Shown here piece by piece: positions 10,397 through 20,970 of a DNA stretch of 64,000 nucleotides. Source of the stretch: Limnothrix sp. BL-A-16 (GTDB taxonomy: Bacteria > Cyanobacteriota > Cyanobacteriia > CACIAM-69d); the NCBI GenBank assembly GCA_041937175.2, contig CP166615.1:1952001-2016000 (forward strand), read 5' to 3'. The translations under genes and the position numbers were made by a program. Below the pieces are notes generated by a model. That model saw nothing but the letters and a program-made list of their open reading frames with translations, was not told the origin of the DNA and ran no database searches. How positions within the stretch are numbered: position 1 is the stretch's first letter; every line of letters starts with the position of its first letter.

Positions 10397-10681
10397 GAGC
10401 CTAAAGACGAAGGCTCCTATTCATCATTCCCTGAGATGCCACAAGCAAGACAATCGTAGGCCAGGAGTTTCAGATTCTTTGCTGATTCCTTCAATGCACC
10501 GATCCAAACAGGTTTGCATCTTCTAGACCAATGGGAGCGAATCCGTTTGCCGATCCGTTTGCTGACGTTGGCTTGCGGCCGCGATCGATACGTCTATCGA
10601 TACATTTCCTGTCGAGACTTCTGTTGATATCTCTATTGTGGCATTGGTGTTTGTGGCATTGGTGCTCGATCGTCACCCCCC

Positions 10682-11455
10682 CTAGGGTCGCGGTGTGCCG
10701 GTGGGGCTGGGATTGCTTTGGGCGGGCGCTGCATTAGGTTTACGTGGCTCCGTAGGTGACATCAGTTGAATTGAGTCAAAAAAAGCCTGCACCTGTGGAA
10801 CCTTGAGTTTGCCGTCTTCGGCCGCCACAATGGCCCGATACCAAATTCCGTTGGCATAGAAAATTCGCACCCGGGCCGCAAAGCCACCCGATCGCGACAA
10901 TTCCAGATCGCGCCCTTGGAAACCACTCTGTTGCAAGGGTTTTTCGGAAACCACCTTGGCGGAAATGCCCTTGGCGATGCTGTCGCGACTGGCATCCAAA
11001 GCCTTGACCACATCCAACCCCGTGCCCGCCGGAACCGGAAAGCGATTGTGAGCAAACAGATAAAACCGCTTGGCCGGTCGGTCTTGGTAGCGGAGCATAA
11101 TCACTTCCGCCGGGCCCACTTCGGTGGGAACACGGCTAGTTTCTTCCTGGGGTTTGGCGGGAAACGCCACGGAAAAGCCGGCCTGGGGCGATTGGTAGCG
11201 TGGCCAGGTTTTCAGTAATCCGGCGATCGTGTTGGGGGTGGCGGAAGGGCTGGGCAACAGGGCCGCCGGGGCCACGTCCGGCAGCGTGATGCCTCCCGGT
11301 TGGGCAGCGGGCTGAGAGGTGGTGACTTGGTTGGTGCAGCCGATCGAGAGGCTACCCAGGCCCAAACTGAGCAGGATTAGCCCGATCGGGCGAAACCAGT
11401 GAACGGACAACGGAAGAATGCGATCGAGCATGGAACGCCAGCAATGAAACAGCAA
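10682..11455 (-). CDS. Hypothetical lipoprotein
   Basis: Hydrophobic stretch followed by lipobox-like 'LSIGC', then a 'WPRYQSPQAGFSVAFP' domain. Start may be about 11431. Confidence 0.7.
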   Translation of the reverse strand: MLFHCWRSMLDRILPLSVHWFRPIGLILLSLGLGSLSIGCTNQVTTSQPAAQPGGITLPDVAPAALLPSPSATPNTIAGLLKTWPRYQSPQAGFSVAFPAKPQEETSRVPTEVGPAEVIMLRYQDRPAKRFYLFAHNRFPVPAGTGLDVVKALDASRDSIAKGISAKVVSEKPLQQSGFQGRDLELSRSGGFAARVRIFYANGIWYRAIVAAEDGKLKVPQVQAFFDSIQLMSPTEPRKPNAAPAQSNPSPTGTPRP

Positions 11456-11511
11456 AAAGGCTTGGGCCCGAAACGCCCTCCATTATGCGTTGCTGATTGC
11501 CCGGCTGCTCA

Positions 11512-12597
11512 TTAGATCGGCTTAGATCGATCTGATCGCCAACGAATCAGGGACTGCAAGGCTCCGTGATCACCGAATAAGCTCGATCGCCCTGAATTGG
11601 CTGATTCTGGATTGACTGATTCTGGGTTGGTTGGCCCATTTCGCCCATCCCGCAACAACACCACAAAGGAACCGGCCCCCAAGCCCTCCTGGGGAAACAT
11701 TCGATAGCAGGGAAAAGCGGCGTGGGTCGATCGCCAAGGCTCCAGGGCCGAAACGGGTTGCGGCTCCAGGTGGGGAAAGCGATCGAGCAGCCATTGGGTG
11801 GCCCCTTCGTTTTCCTCGATCGCGTAGGTGCAGGTCATGTAGGCCAGCCAGCCGCCGGGAGCCACCAGGGCCGCCGCATTGGCCAAAATTCGTTTTTGGC
11901 GATTGGCATTTTTCCCGATCGTCAGGGGATGAAAACAACCGGGATTTTTCTCCCCTTTAGCCAACAGGGATTGGCCCGAGCAGGGCGCATCCACAATCAC
12001 CAAATCCGCCCAGCCGGGAATCGCCTGGGCCAAGGTTTCCGGGTCGGCACAGGTGGCAATCGCCGGGTCAAGGCCGCAGCGTTTCAGGTTGCTGACCAAC
12101 ATGCCGATCCGTTTGCCGATCGCCTCATTGGCCACCAGCAGCGACGGTTTCAGCGCTCGCCAGGCAAAGACACTTTTACCCCCCGGCGCGGCGCAGAGAT
12201 CCACCACGCGATCGACCCGATCGGGAATTGCCAGCAGGGCCGAAGCCGCAAACACCGAAGAAAAATCCAAACAATAGAACGCGCCCGCTTCGTGCAGGGG
12301 ATGCTTGCCGGGTCGCCGGTTGGCCGGTTGGTCGGCGGTCAAGTCCAGACGATCGACCCAGGCCGGCTGCATCGCCAAAGGCAGCAGGGCCGCAAAGGGA
12401 GACGGATCGGGGCGATCGGCCAGCCACAACAAACAGGGCGCAAACCGCTGGGCTTGGCCAAGGCTCTGGACAAAGGCTGATCGCTCGATCGTGTCTTCAA
12501 ACAGGCGATCGGCCAGCTTCAGCAACAGCCGCGACGGCTCCACCGCGATCGGCTCCGCTGCCGCTGGTTTGGTCGATCGTTTCTTCGATTTGCCCAT
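11512..12597 (-). CDS. RsmB/NOP family RNA m5C methyltransferase
   Basis: 'DLCAAPGGKS', 'VDAPCSG' and 'YMTCT...EENE' contain both catalytic cysteines. Confidence 0.9.
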   Translation of the reverse strand: MGKSKKRSTKPAAAEPIAVEPSRLLLKLADRLFEDTIERSAFVQSLGQAQRFAPCLLWLADRPDPSPFAALLPLAMQPAWVDRLDLTADQPANRRPGKHPLHEAGAFYCLDFSSVFAASALLAIPDRVDRVVDLCAAPGGKSVFAWRALKPSLLVANEAIGKRIGMLVSNLKRCGLDPAIATCADPETLAQAIPGWADLVIVDAPCSGQSLLAKGEKNPGCFHPLTIGKNANRQKRILANAAALVAPGGWLAYMTCTYAIEENEGATQWLLDRFPHLEPQPVSALEPWRSTHAAFPCYRMFPQEGLGAGSFVVLLRDGRNGPTNPESVNPESANSGRSSLFGDHGALQSLIRWRSDRSKPI

Positions 12598-12622
12598 CTC
12601 CACTCGCCCCAAACGGTAAGTA

Positions 12623-12656
12623 GACAAGGGGCTTAAGCCCCTTGCCCCCCAGGATC
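12623..12656. repeat. Palindrome repeat GACAAGGGGCTTAAGCCCCTTG with MITE-body flank
   Basis: Perfect 20-bp palindrome core followed by CCCCCCAGGATC, the reverse of the GATCGTGGGGGG seen in the MITE copies. Confidence 0.85.
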
Positions 12657-12685
12657 ACAGCCCGGATCGGTGCGCCACTGGTTCC

Positions 12686-14299
12686 TTAAACGGCGGCGCG
12701 ATTCAGATCCAACACCGCTTGCAGGCGATCGAGCACCAGTTGCCGATCCAAGTAGGACAGCAGCGGCCCCGCCTTCGGGCCCCGTTCCTTGTTCAAAAAC
12801 GCCAGATAAATCGCCGAAAAGGCCACCGGCATTTTCAAATCCAGCTCCCGCGTGGTGGCAAACAGCGCCGTTTGCAGGGATTCGCCGTCCCAGCTTTCCA
12901 CCGTTGCCAGCGTTTTCAGCAAAGCTTCCACGTAGCCGATTTGTTCCGGCGACAGTTGATTCGCCCGCTCCGGAATCGTATCCAGATAAAGCACCAACTT
13001 TTCTTCTTCGTCGGCGTAGTCATTCAGCCACTTTTGAGCAGCCGAAATCCGTTCGCGAGCAATTTGCCAATCGTAATCATTCAAAGGTTCAGCCGATCGC
13101 GCCGCCACTTCCTTTTCCACATCCAAATGGGGCACTTGCAACAGCGAAATCGCCGTGCTCAATTCAAAGGGTTGGTAGGGCTGAATTTCCCCATCCAACT
13201 GGGCATAAAATAGCGCCATCCAATCTTCGTTCAGTTCCGGTGCTTGGCCGCCATTGGCGATCGTTTCCCGGCGGTATTTGTCGATTAAATTGTCGTAATC
13301 GCGGAACACACGCGTGATGCTTTCGTAGTTTGGCGCAAAGTTAATGGCCGTGCGGGGCGGTGTGCGCAACATCAAAAATCGCAACAACTGCGGCGGCAAC
13401 AGATCAGCAATTTCGCGAGCGCTGGAACCGATGCCCTTGGAAGAACTCATTTTCGTGCCATTGACCAAAATGAATTCGTAGGGCGAATGGAAGGGCGGTT
13501 GCTGACCCAAAACCTTACGGGAAATGGCGTTGGCCACGTCGCGAGAGCCACCCTTTTGGGAGTGATCTTTGCCAGCCAGCTCGATCGTCACGCCCAGCAA
13601 TTCCCACTTGGCCACCCACTCAACTTTCCAGGGCAATTTGCCGTTGCCATCGAAGGGCGAAACCCAACCGGAATGGCCACAACCTTGGGTGTAGTCCGTG
13701 GCATTGGGATCGCAGGTGTAGAACACTTTGCCATCTTGGTAGTCGGTGACTTGGGTGGTGGCAATTTTGCCGCAATGTTCGCAAATCACCTGGAAGGGAT
13801 ACCAGTTGCTGGGGCGATCGGCCTTGCTGACTTCTTTATAGGCTTCACGCACCAACTGGGCATTTTTCAAGAAGCGATCGATCGCAGGATTCAGCTTGCC
13901 CGATCGATACAAATCCCGCAGGTAATAAATCTCGGGCCGCACCCCCAAATACTCAAACACATCCAGAAATTCGCCCATGAAATATTTGGCGTAATCACTG
14001 GCGCGATCGCCCGGTGCGGTTTCATCGGGTGAAGGCACATTGCAGAGGGGCCAGCCCAAATAGCACTCAAACTTTTCCCGATCGAGGTAGCGCGGCACGG
14101 TGTCCAGCGCGTCGTAATCATCCACGCCGTAGATGAACTTCACGGGCTTGCCGGCCTGTTTCAGGGCGCGATAGATCGTGTCGTGAATCACGACTCCCCG
14201 CAAGGAGCCAACGTGAACACGCCCCGATGGCGTTTTGGAGTCGTTAACGATCTGTGGACCCTGTGCGTCGGCGGCGATTTTATCTGCCCAGAAACTCAT
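12686..14299 (-). CDS. lysS: Lysine--tRNA ligase, class I (LysRS1)
   Basis: N-terminal 'FWADKIA', HIGH-like 'PSGRVHVGSLR', zinc motif 'CEHCGK...C..CGHSG', 'GKLPWKVEW', 'GKDH' and KMSKS-like 'KMSSSKG'. Confidence 0.95.
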   Translation of the reverse strand: MSFWADKIAADAQGPQIVNDSKTPSGRVHVGSLRGVVIHDTIYRALKQAGKPVKFIYGVDDYDALDTVPRYLDREKFECYLGWPLCNVPSPDETAPGDRASDYAKYFMGEFLDVFEYLGVRPEIYYLRDLYRSGKLNPAIDRFLKNAQLVREAYKEVSKADRPSNWYPFQVICEHCGKIATTQVTDYQDGKVFYTCDPNATDYTQGCGHSGWVSPFDGNGKLPWKVEWVAKWELLGVTIELAGKDHSQKGGSRDVANAISRKVLGQQPPFHSPYEFILVNGTKMSSSKGIGSSAREIADLLPPQLLRFLMLRTPPRTAINFAPNYESITRVFRDYDNLIDKYRRETIANGGQAPELNEDWMALFYAQLDGEIQPYQPFELSTAISLLQVPHLDVEKEVAARSAEPLNDYDWQIARERISAAQKWLNDYADEEEKLVLYLDTIPERANQLSPEQIGYVEALLKTLATVESWDGESLQTALFATTRELDLKMPVAFSAIYLAFLNKERGPKAGPLLSYLDRQLVLDRLQAVLDLNRAAV

Positions 14300-14583
14300 G
14301 GCGGTGGGGCGGTGATGACGAGGTAATGGTTACAGAAAAAGATGGGTGCAGAATGCCAAGGTTGCAAAATGCCTATTCATTTTAGGGACTTGGGGCCTTT
14401 TACGCGCGATCGCCTCTGAAAGGACACTGAAAAAGCTGCATTGCCAAAGACTAATTGAGCGGCTTGGGTCGATCAGGTTGATTCAGTTAATCCAGCAATC
14501 CAATCCCTTTCAACGCTTTTCGTCCAACCCGGCCGATCGCCCGTTGGCATAATGAGACCAATTGCCATCTTGAGGACAAACCG

Positions 14584-15261
14584 ATGGTTGCCCAAATTCC
14601 CCCGATCGAGCCGGGAAAGGTTCAACCCAAGCCGATCAAGTATCCCGACAGTGACGGCCAGCCGATGGCAGACAACACCAAGCAATTTCACTGGATCCAG
14701 ACCATTCAAAGCAACCTCGCCGCCATTTTTGGTGATGATCCGCAGGTGTTTGTGGCCGGTGATTTGCTTTGGTATCCGGTGGAAGGCAGCAACACGATTC
14801 GCCAAGCGCCTGATGTGATGGTTGCTTTTGGGGTTCCCAAGGGCGATCGCGGTTCCTATATGCAGTGGCGCGAAAACAACATCGCCCCTCAAGTGGTGTT
14901 TGAAATTTGGTCGCCGGGCAATCGTTTTGGAGAAATGCTGAAAAAGCAGATGTTTTATAACCGCTATGGCGTTGAGGAATATTACATCTATGACCCCGAT
15001 CGCAATGAATTAAACATTTTGACGCGGGGAGCCAGTGGCGATCTAGAACCCATTGAGGATCCCCAAAATTGGGTCAGTCCTCGGCTGGGCATCCGCTGCC
15101 AGCTAGATGAGGAAACTCTCACCTTGTTTGGGCCCGATGGTCAGCCCTTTTCTACCTTGCGGGAAGAGCGACAACGGGCCGATCGGGAACGGGAACGAGC
15201 CGATCGACTGGCGGCCCGGCTGCGGGAGCTGGGTTTGGATCCCGACTCGATCGACCCCTAG
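14584..15261 (+). CDS. Uma2-family (DUF820) putative endonuclease
   Basis: 'YPDSDGQPMADN', 'APDVMV', 'PQVVFEIWSP', 'YGVEEYYIYDP' and a coiled-coil tail. Confidence 0.92.
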   Translation: MVAQIPPIEPGKVQPKPIKYPDSDGQPMADNTKQFHWIQTIQSNLAAIFGDDPQVFVAGDLLWYPVEGSNTIRQAPDVMVAFGVPKGDRGSYMQWRENNIAPQVVFEIWSPGNRFGEMLKKQMFYNRYGVEEYYIYDPDRNELNILTRGASGDLEPIEDPQNWVSPRLGIRCQLDEETLTLFGPDGQPFSTLREERQRADRERERADRLAARLRELGLDPDSIDP

Positions 15262-15332
15262 GGCCCTGAGCTACCAGCCCGAGTGACCACCATCAGCGCT
15301 CGCAGCCATCGGGATTGTGGCCAATGTCAACC

Positions 15333-16664
15333 CTACAACAACCCAGAAACCTCGTAGAGCTGGCGGGTGCGGGACAAAATCTTATCGCCATAGTTCATAT
15401 CCGCCTCCCAACGCCCACTCAGCAGCGCCACCGTGGGAGCCACGCCACGCGGCACAAAGCTAAACCGAGGATCCACCACCGCATTGGCCAAGGGTTCTGT
15501 GCTGGCGTAGGCCTTGAGGTGTTGGATGTGGGCCCGCACCCCCAGCCGCGCACTGGCAAAGGAAGCCCCCTCGGGATTGCCGCCCAAGGCCCCCAGCCCC
15601 CCAAAGTTGTTTTGGCTGGATTTGGTGGGGCCCGGAAATTGCAGAAAGTCCGTTTCCACGCACATTTGGGCAAAGGCTAGATCAAAATTGACACCCTCGG
15701 CGATCGCCTCTTCGCGGTAAAGACGCGGTAAATCGGGAAATTGGCTACCCGCATTGGGGTTAAAGGCTCTCAGAAAGGTCAGCATTTGGGAATCAACGGT
15801 GCTGCCCAGTCCCATGATCTGCCCTTTCAAGGTGTTGGAAACCAGAAGGTTGGTGCGGAGGGTGACGGCGCGGGTTTGGCTGTTCCAACCTACGGAGATG
15901 TTGTACTGCCGCAGGTCGATCGCCTTGAAATAAACGATGTTTTGGTAGCGCACTCGAACGATTTGCGGGTTGGTGGCCACCTTGATGCCCAGGCGATCGG
16001 CCAGGTCGATCGGGATATAGGAATTGCCATTGATCAGCACGCCCCGCTCGGGATAGCGCTGATTATTCACCTCAATTTGAATACTGCTGTAGGGCTGGGC
16101 AGGGAATTCCAGCAAAATTTGTTGCAGGCCATCGCTGAGGCCGGTGGCAATGCCCCAACCTTGATTTTTGAGAATCGTGCGATCGGTCTCGTTGGTTAAA
16201 AAGCCCACTTCCACCAACAGCGAAGGAACCGTCAGTTGACGACAAAACAGCCGATTCCCCAACCCCGTGGCCGTGTCGGGCAATGCCCCCCGCGAAAGGA
16301 GTTGGGGAACCCGCGCCAGGGTCGATCGCAACAGAATTTCTGCCTGGGTTTGGCGCACCTGATTATTCGCAATGAAATAGACCGTCGTGCCTCGGGTGGC
16401 GGGGTTGCTGGAACCATCCAGGTGAATTTCCAAGGCCACATCCCCGGCGCGCCCTCGGGCATTGATCCAAGCGATTGTCTGTTGCAGGCTCAAATCATCG
16501 GGAACCATCAGCACTTCAACGCCCCGCCGTTGCAGGGTTTGGGCCGTGGCTTCCCGCAGCCAAATCATTTCCCGGGCTTCGGTGGTTCCTGCCGCCATAA
16601 TGCCAGGATCCAAAACCCCGTTTTCATAGCCCCCATGGCCCGCTGAAAGGAGAACCCGCCCCAT
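15333..16664 (-). CDS. tftA: N-acetylmuramoyl-L-alanine amidase (Amidase_3) + glucosaminidase fusion, TftA-like
   Basis: Amidase residues 'SAGHGG', 'TTEA', 'LEIH', 'LVEVGF'; C-terminal glucosaminidase 'AQMCVET...NNFGG...AHIQHLKAYA'. The architecture matches cyanobacterial TftA. Confidence 0.8.
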   Translation of the reverse strand: MGRVLLSAGHGGYENGVLDPGIMAAGTTEAREMIWLREATAQTLQRRGVEVLMVPDDLSLQQTIAWINARGRAGDVALEIHLDGSSNPATRGTTVYFIANNQVRQTQAEILLRSTLARVPQLLSRGALPDTATGLGNRLFCRQLTVPSLLVEVGFLTNETDRTILKNQGWGIATGLSDGLQQILLEFPAQPYSSIQIEVNNQRYPERGVLINGNSYIPIDLADRLGIKVATNPQIVRVRYQNIVYFKAIDLRQYNISVGWNSQTRAVTLRTNLLVSNTLKGQIMGLGSTVDSQMLTFLRAFNPNAGSQFPDLPRLYREEAIAEGVNFDLAFAQMCVETDFLQFPGPTKSSQNNFGGLGALGGNPEGASFASARLGVRAHIQHLKAYASTEPLANAVVDPRFSFVPRGVAPTVALLSGRWEADMNYGDKILSRTRQLYEVSGLL

Positions 16665-16915
16665 GAATTACTCTCGATCGAACTTCGACCAATGCTAGAT
16701 CACCCGATTCCCAAAAATCACTAGGATCGTTGGTGTTCAGGATCCCTCCGAACGATTCCGAGGTCGATCGAGTGGTTGCTTGGCCAACCGAGTTAGAATT
16801 TCCCACCCTTGATCTGGTCGAAATTCACCGTTTTGGAGCCACAAGCAACGGAGCTGGCGGCCGTCCGGTACACTGCATAGATCCGTTGTCGGGTCGATCG
16901 CCCGGTTTGCTGATC

Positions 16916-18340
16916 ATGGTTGAAGCTGCTGCATTTTCTGAGCACCCAAATCCTGAAGATTTAGAAAACTTAGAAAATTTACAAAATCTAGAAACCCTTG
17001 AACAAGAAAAATTTGCAGCGTTAGAAGACTTACCAGAGCCGGAGGAATTGCCCGATCGGTCGGTGGCCAACGGCGATGACTTGCCCGATGATTTGGTGTC
17101 GGCCTTGGCGATGCCCTTGCGGGGCGCAAAATTGCCACCCATACCCACAACCACCCAGCAGCCGGCCGAAAAAACCTCAGCCGAAACAATAGCAACTGAG
17201 CATGACCCGGCTCAATTGCTCACCACTTTGGCAACCAGCTCGAAAGCCAGCGACGAAGTTCCCATGGCCGAGTTGCCGCCCCTGTCGCCGGAAGCAGCTA
17301 AGCTGGCGCGGGAATTGCTGACGGGAGCCGATCGCCCCGTGGCGGATCTGACCGGGGAACGGGGGCCCCAAGTGCGCCTCTGGATTCCGGGCGGGGTTGA
17401 ATTGACTGGATCTACTGAATCTGCTGAATCTGCGGAGACAGAATCCGCGACGGGTCAGGAATCGCCGCCAGCATCCCCAGCCGAATCCCAGCCAGAATTG
17501 CAAGGGGCTGCTCCTGAGGCTGTCGAGGCTGCCGAGATTAACCCTTCTGCCCAAAAGCCCTTCGAGGTCAAACCCTCCGAGATTAAAACAAACAACAACC
17601 AAGAGAGCGCCGATCGAACCCAACCGGTGCGCCTGGTGCTGCCGCCGGACTTTGTGGCCGAACAGCCCGATCGGGGCTTGGCCTGGACAGACTTGTGGCA
17701 ACAACTGATGCATCGGCTCTATGGGGGAGAACGGGGCTGGACACCTGATGACCCCGTTACGCTGCAAGCGATCGATCGGGCCTTGGAAGCCAGACAACTG
17801 AAGGCGATCGCCGAGGCGCTCCAGGAGGTGCAACTGCGGCTGACCCGGCTGGAAACCAACCATCCCGCCACCGCTGCCCTGGCGATCGAAATGGGCTATG
17901 CACTGCAGTTCACACCGCCCGCACCGACCCAGGAACCGATCGCGGCTAATCCTAATCTCGACCTTGCGCCCGATTGTTTGTATTTGGACAAAACCTTGCG
18001 ATCGGGGGTGGAAATTCGCTATCCAGGCACGGTGGTGATTCGCGGCGATGCCAACCCGGGCAGCGCGATCGCGGCCGGGGGCGACATCCTCGTTTGGGGG
18101 CGGCTTTGTGGCGTGGCCCACGCAGGCATCAACGGCAACGAAAGCGCCATCATCATGGCCCTGAACCTGGCGACCAATCAGGTGCGCATTGCCAGCCGCA
18201 CCGCCCGAGTTCCCGAGTCCAAGCTCGATGTGCCCTGTCCGGAAGTGGCCTACATTTCCGAAAAAGGGATCCGAATCTCGCCGGCCGCCGACTTTGCCAA
18301 AAATGAAGTGCGATCGCGCCTGGGGGAACCACCCGCCTAA
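16916..18340 (+). CDS. minC: Septum site-determining protein MinC with long acidic N-terminal extension
   Basis: C-terminal 'TLRSGVEI...GDANPGS..AGGDILVWGRLCGVAHAG'; directly upstream of minD. Start uncertain. Confidence 0.9.
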   Translation: MVEAAAFSEHPNPEDLENLENLQNLETLEQEKFAALEDLPEPEELPDRSVANGDDLPDDLVSALAMPLRGAKLPPIPTTTQQPAEKTSAETIATEHDPAQLLTTLATSSKASDEVPMAELPPLSPEAAKLARELLTGADRPVADLTGERGPQVRLWIPGGVELTGSTESAESAETESATGQESPPASPAESQPELQGAAPEAVEAAEINPSAQKPFEVKPSEIKTNNNQESADRTQPVRLVLPPDFVAEQPDRGLAWTDLWQQLMHRLYGGERGWTPDDPVTLQAIDRALEARQLKAIAEALQEVQLRLTRLETNHPATAALAIEMGYALQFTPPAPTQEPIAANPNLDLAPDCLYLDKTLRSGVEIRYPGTVVIRGDANPGSAIAAGGDILVWGRLCGVAHAGINGNESAIIMALNLATNQVRIASRTARVPESKLDVPCPEVAYISEKGIRISPAADFAKNEVRSRLGEPPA

Positions 18341-18488
18341 ACGCTTGCCTCAACCCCCGATCGCCCCTCGATCACCATGCTAAATTGAGGTGTCTTTGCG
18401 GGTTCCGCCCGATCGCACCGCCCTTGGCTGTTCTGAATCCACCCTTCTCGATCGACCCTTCAGCCGTTGTCAACTATCAGGCAATTCC

Positions 18489-19298
18489 ATGAGCCGCATC
18501 ATCGTAATCACCTCCGGCAAAGGTGGCGTAGGCAAAACCACCTGCACCGCCAACTTGGGCATGGCCCTGGCGCAACTGGGGCGAAAAGTGGCGCTAGTGG
18601 ATGCCGACTTTGGCCTACGTAACCTAGACCTGTTGTTGGGTCTGGAAAACCGCGTGGTCTACACCGCCGTGGAATATTTGGCCGGTGAGTGCCGCCTGGA
18701 GCAGGCCCTCGTGCGCGACAAACGACAGCCCCGATTGGTGCTGATGCCTGCCGCCCAAAACCGCACCAAAGAATCGGTCACCCCCGACCAAATGAAAGCG
18801 TTGGTTTTGACCCTGGCCAAAAGCTTTGACTATGTGTTGGTGGACTGTCCGGCGGGTATTGAAATGGGCTTCCGCAACGCGATCGCCGCCGCCCGCGAAG
18901 CGATCATCGTCACCACCCCCGAAATTGCCGCCGTGCGCGATGCCGATCGGGTGGTGGGCCTTTTGGAAGCGGAGGGCATCAAAAATGTTCGGTTGGTGGT
19001 GAACCGGCTGCGGCCGCAAATGGTGCAAGCCAACGACATGATGTCCGTGGACGATGTGCGCGAAATTTTGGCGATTCCGCTGGTGGGGATTTTGCCCGAC
19101 GATGAACGGGTGATCACTTCCACCAACCGAGGGGAACCGCTGGTGCTGTCCGAGCAAGTCTCCGTGCCCAAGATGGCGTTTAGTAACATTGCGCGCCGCC
19201 TGGAGGGTCAAAACGTGGAATTTTTAGACCTCACCGCCAGCCATGATTCCTTGCTGAAGCGGCTGAAGCGCTGGCTGAAGGGTAGCCCTCGCGGTTAG
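18489..19298 (+). CDS. minD: Septum site-determining ATPase MinD
   Basis: 'MSRIIVITSGKGGVGKTT', 'DADFGLRNLD' and 'RDADRVVGLL'. Confidence 0.98.
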   Translation: MSRIIVITSGKGGVGKTTCTANLGMALAQLGRKVALVDADFGLRNLDLLLGLENRVVYTAVEYLAGECRLEQALVRDKRQPRLVLMPAAQNRTKESVTPDQMKALVLTLAKSFDYVLVDCPAGIEMGFRNAIAAAREAIIVTTPEIAAVRDADRVVGLLEAEGIKNVRLVVNRLRPQMVQANDMMSVDDVREILAIPLVGILPDDERVITSTNRGEPLVLSEQVSVPKMAFSNIARRLEGQNVEFLDLTASHDSLLKRLKRWLKGSPRG

Positions 19299-19560
19299 CC
19301 TGGATGGGTTGGCCGCTCCTGATCGGCCGCTGGAAGCTTCCCTGACCGATGGCTAAGCTTTGGCCAAGCTGTCCAATCAATCTGGTGGTGTGTCTTGACC
19401 GTAGGGGCTGTTGCGATCGCCCGGGGCCCATGACCGGCGCAAAACCAATCAACGCCAATCAATCGGGCGGCTTTGGCTCCGTTGGCAACCAGCCCTCAAC
19501 CCACAACTCGTTTTTTCCCTCAGATCGCCCTTCGATCCAGCGCGCTGCGTTACCTGCGTC

Positions 19561-19959
19561 ATGTTAAGCGAACTTCTCGATAAACTTTTTGCCCGCGATC
19601 CCGACAGCCGCAGCGTGGTGAAACAGCGGTTGCAATTGCTGTTAGCCCATGACCGAACTGATCTTTCGCCGCAATCGCTCGATCGAATGCGCCAAGAGAT
19701 TTTGGATGTGATTTCTCGCTACGTGGAAATTGATAGCGAGGGATTGCAGTTCATGCTGGAAAACGACCTTCGCACCACGGCGTTGATTGCCAATGTGCCC
19801 ATTCGACGGGTGCGCCCGGACAATGAACCCTCGGAGGAAGCGGCCGCAGCCATGGAAACCCCGATCGAGCGTGTGATCCCGGAAGCCCCTGCTGAAGCGG
19901 ACGAAATCATCGATTTGGAATCTTTGCCGCTCGATGGGCCCACGGAAATTACCCCCTAG
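19561..19959 (+). CDS. minE: Cell division topological specificity factor MinE
   Basis: '[17 protein letters not shown]...[12 protein letters not shown]...ANVPI', followed by an acidic tail. Confidence 0.95.
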   Translation: MLSELLDKLFARDPDSRSVVKQRLQLLLAHDRTDLSPQSLDRMRQEILDVISRYVEIDSEGLQFMLENDLRTTALIANVPIRRVRPDNEPSEEAAAAMETPIERVIPEAPAEADEIIDLESLPLDGPTEITP

Positions 19960-20005
19960 CAAGGTGGATCAGCCAGTGTTGGGTAATGGCGATGCGGAAG
20001 GCCCC

Positions 20006-20755
20006 ATGAAACCGCAGAAGGGCAGTCAGTCCCAATCGGGGGAGGCAGTGGACAAGGGGGAAACAACGACCTTGGCCACGGTGCGATCGCGCTGGGTGCA
20101 GCGGCTGCGACACGATCGCGCGATCGCCGTGATTCGATCGCACAACTGGCTTCAGGGGTTAGCCATGGCCCAGGCGGCCGCCGAAGGGGGCCTGCGACTC
20201 ATTGAAATTACTTGGAACAGCGTTCGACCGGCGGAGTTGGTGGCGGAACTGCGCGATCGCTTGCCCCATTGCCAAATTGGGGCCGGCACGCTGTTGGATG
20301 CGGCCATGGTGCGGGAAGCGGTGGCGGCGGGGGCCCAATTTGGCTTTGCGCCCTTTGGCGACTCGGGGGCGATCGCGGCGGCGGTGGCGGCCGGCATCCC
20401 GATCGTGCCGGGAGCCTTGACCCCCACGGAAATTGCCCAGGCTTGGCGGGCCGGAGCCAGCAGCGTTAAGGTGTTCCCCATTTCTGCGGTGGGCGGAGCA
20501 GCCTATGTGCGATCGCTCGTGCCCGTGTTGCCCATGCCGCTGATTCCCACCGGAGGGGTCACTTTGGCCAATGCGGCGGAATTTTTGGCGGCCGGGGCGA
20601 TCGCGATCGGCCTGTCGGGGGAACTGTTTCCAGCGGAAGCCGTGGCCGCTGGTCGTTGGGATCACGTGCGCGATCGGGCCCGTCGCTTGGCTGAACAGGT
20701 GGCCCCCCACTGTCTCCCAGAGACGACCCCGCCTCTCGAAGATCTCCGCCCCTAG
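20006..20755 (+). CDS. eda: KDPG/KHG aldolase
   Basis: 'IEITW', 'IGAGT', 'PGALTPTEI', 'VKVFP' and 'IPTGGV'. Start uncertain. Confidence 0.88.
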   Translation: MKPQKGSQSQSGEAVDKGETTTLATVRSRWVQRLRHDRAIAVIRSHNWLQGLAMAQAAAEGGLRLIEITWNSVRPAELVAELRDRLPHCQIGAGTLLDAAMVREAVAAGAQFGFAPFGDSGAIAAAVAAGIPIVPGALTPTEIAQAWRAGASSVKVFPISAVGGAAYVRSLVPVLPMPLIPTGGVTLANAAEFLAAGAIAIGLSGELFPAEAVAAGRWDHVRDRARRLAEQVAPHCLPETTPPLEDLRP

Positions 20756-20970
20756 GCCAACTGCCCGGCGACATTCTGGCCAATCAACCGGATATACCAG
20801 AAAATCAACTGGGAAACCGATCATCTTTCAAGCACTTCGTGGCCCCAATCATTGGCCCCACGAAAATTGCCCGGTTAAAATGCGAAACAATCTGCTCGAT
20901 CGCTGTGCTGCGGACTTGGCAGATTTTTTTGCAGACTTGGCAGATTTTGCAAATTTTTTTAGGAACCTCC

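Noticed and set aside
14584..15261. Uma2 gene as a defence system with lysS
   Set aside because: Uma2 paralogs are abundant and scattered in cyanobacteria, and no partner genes are present here.
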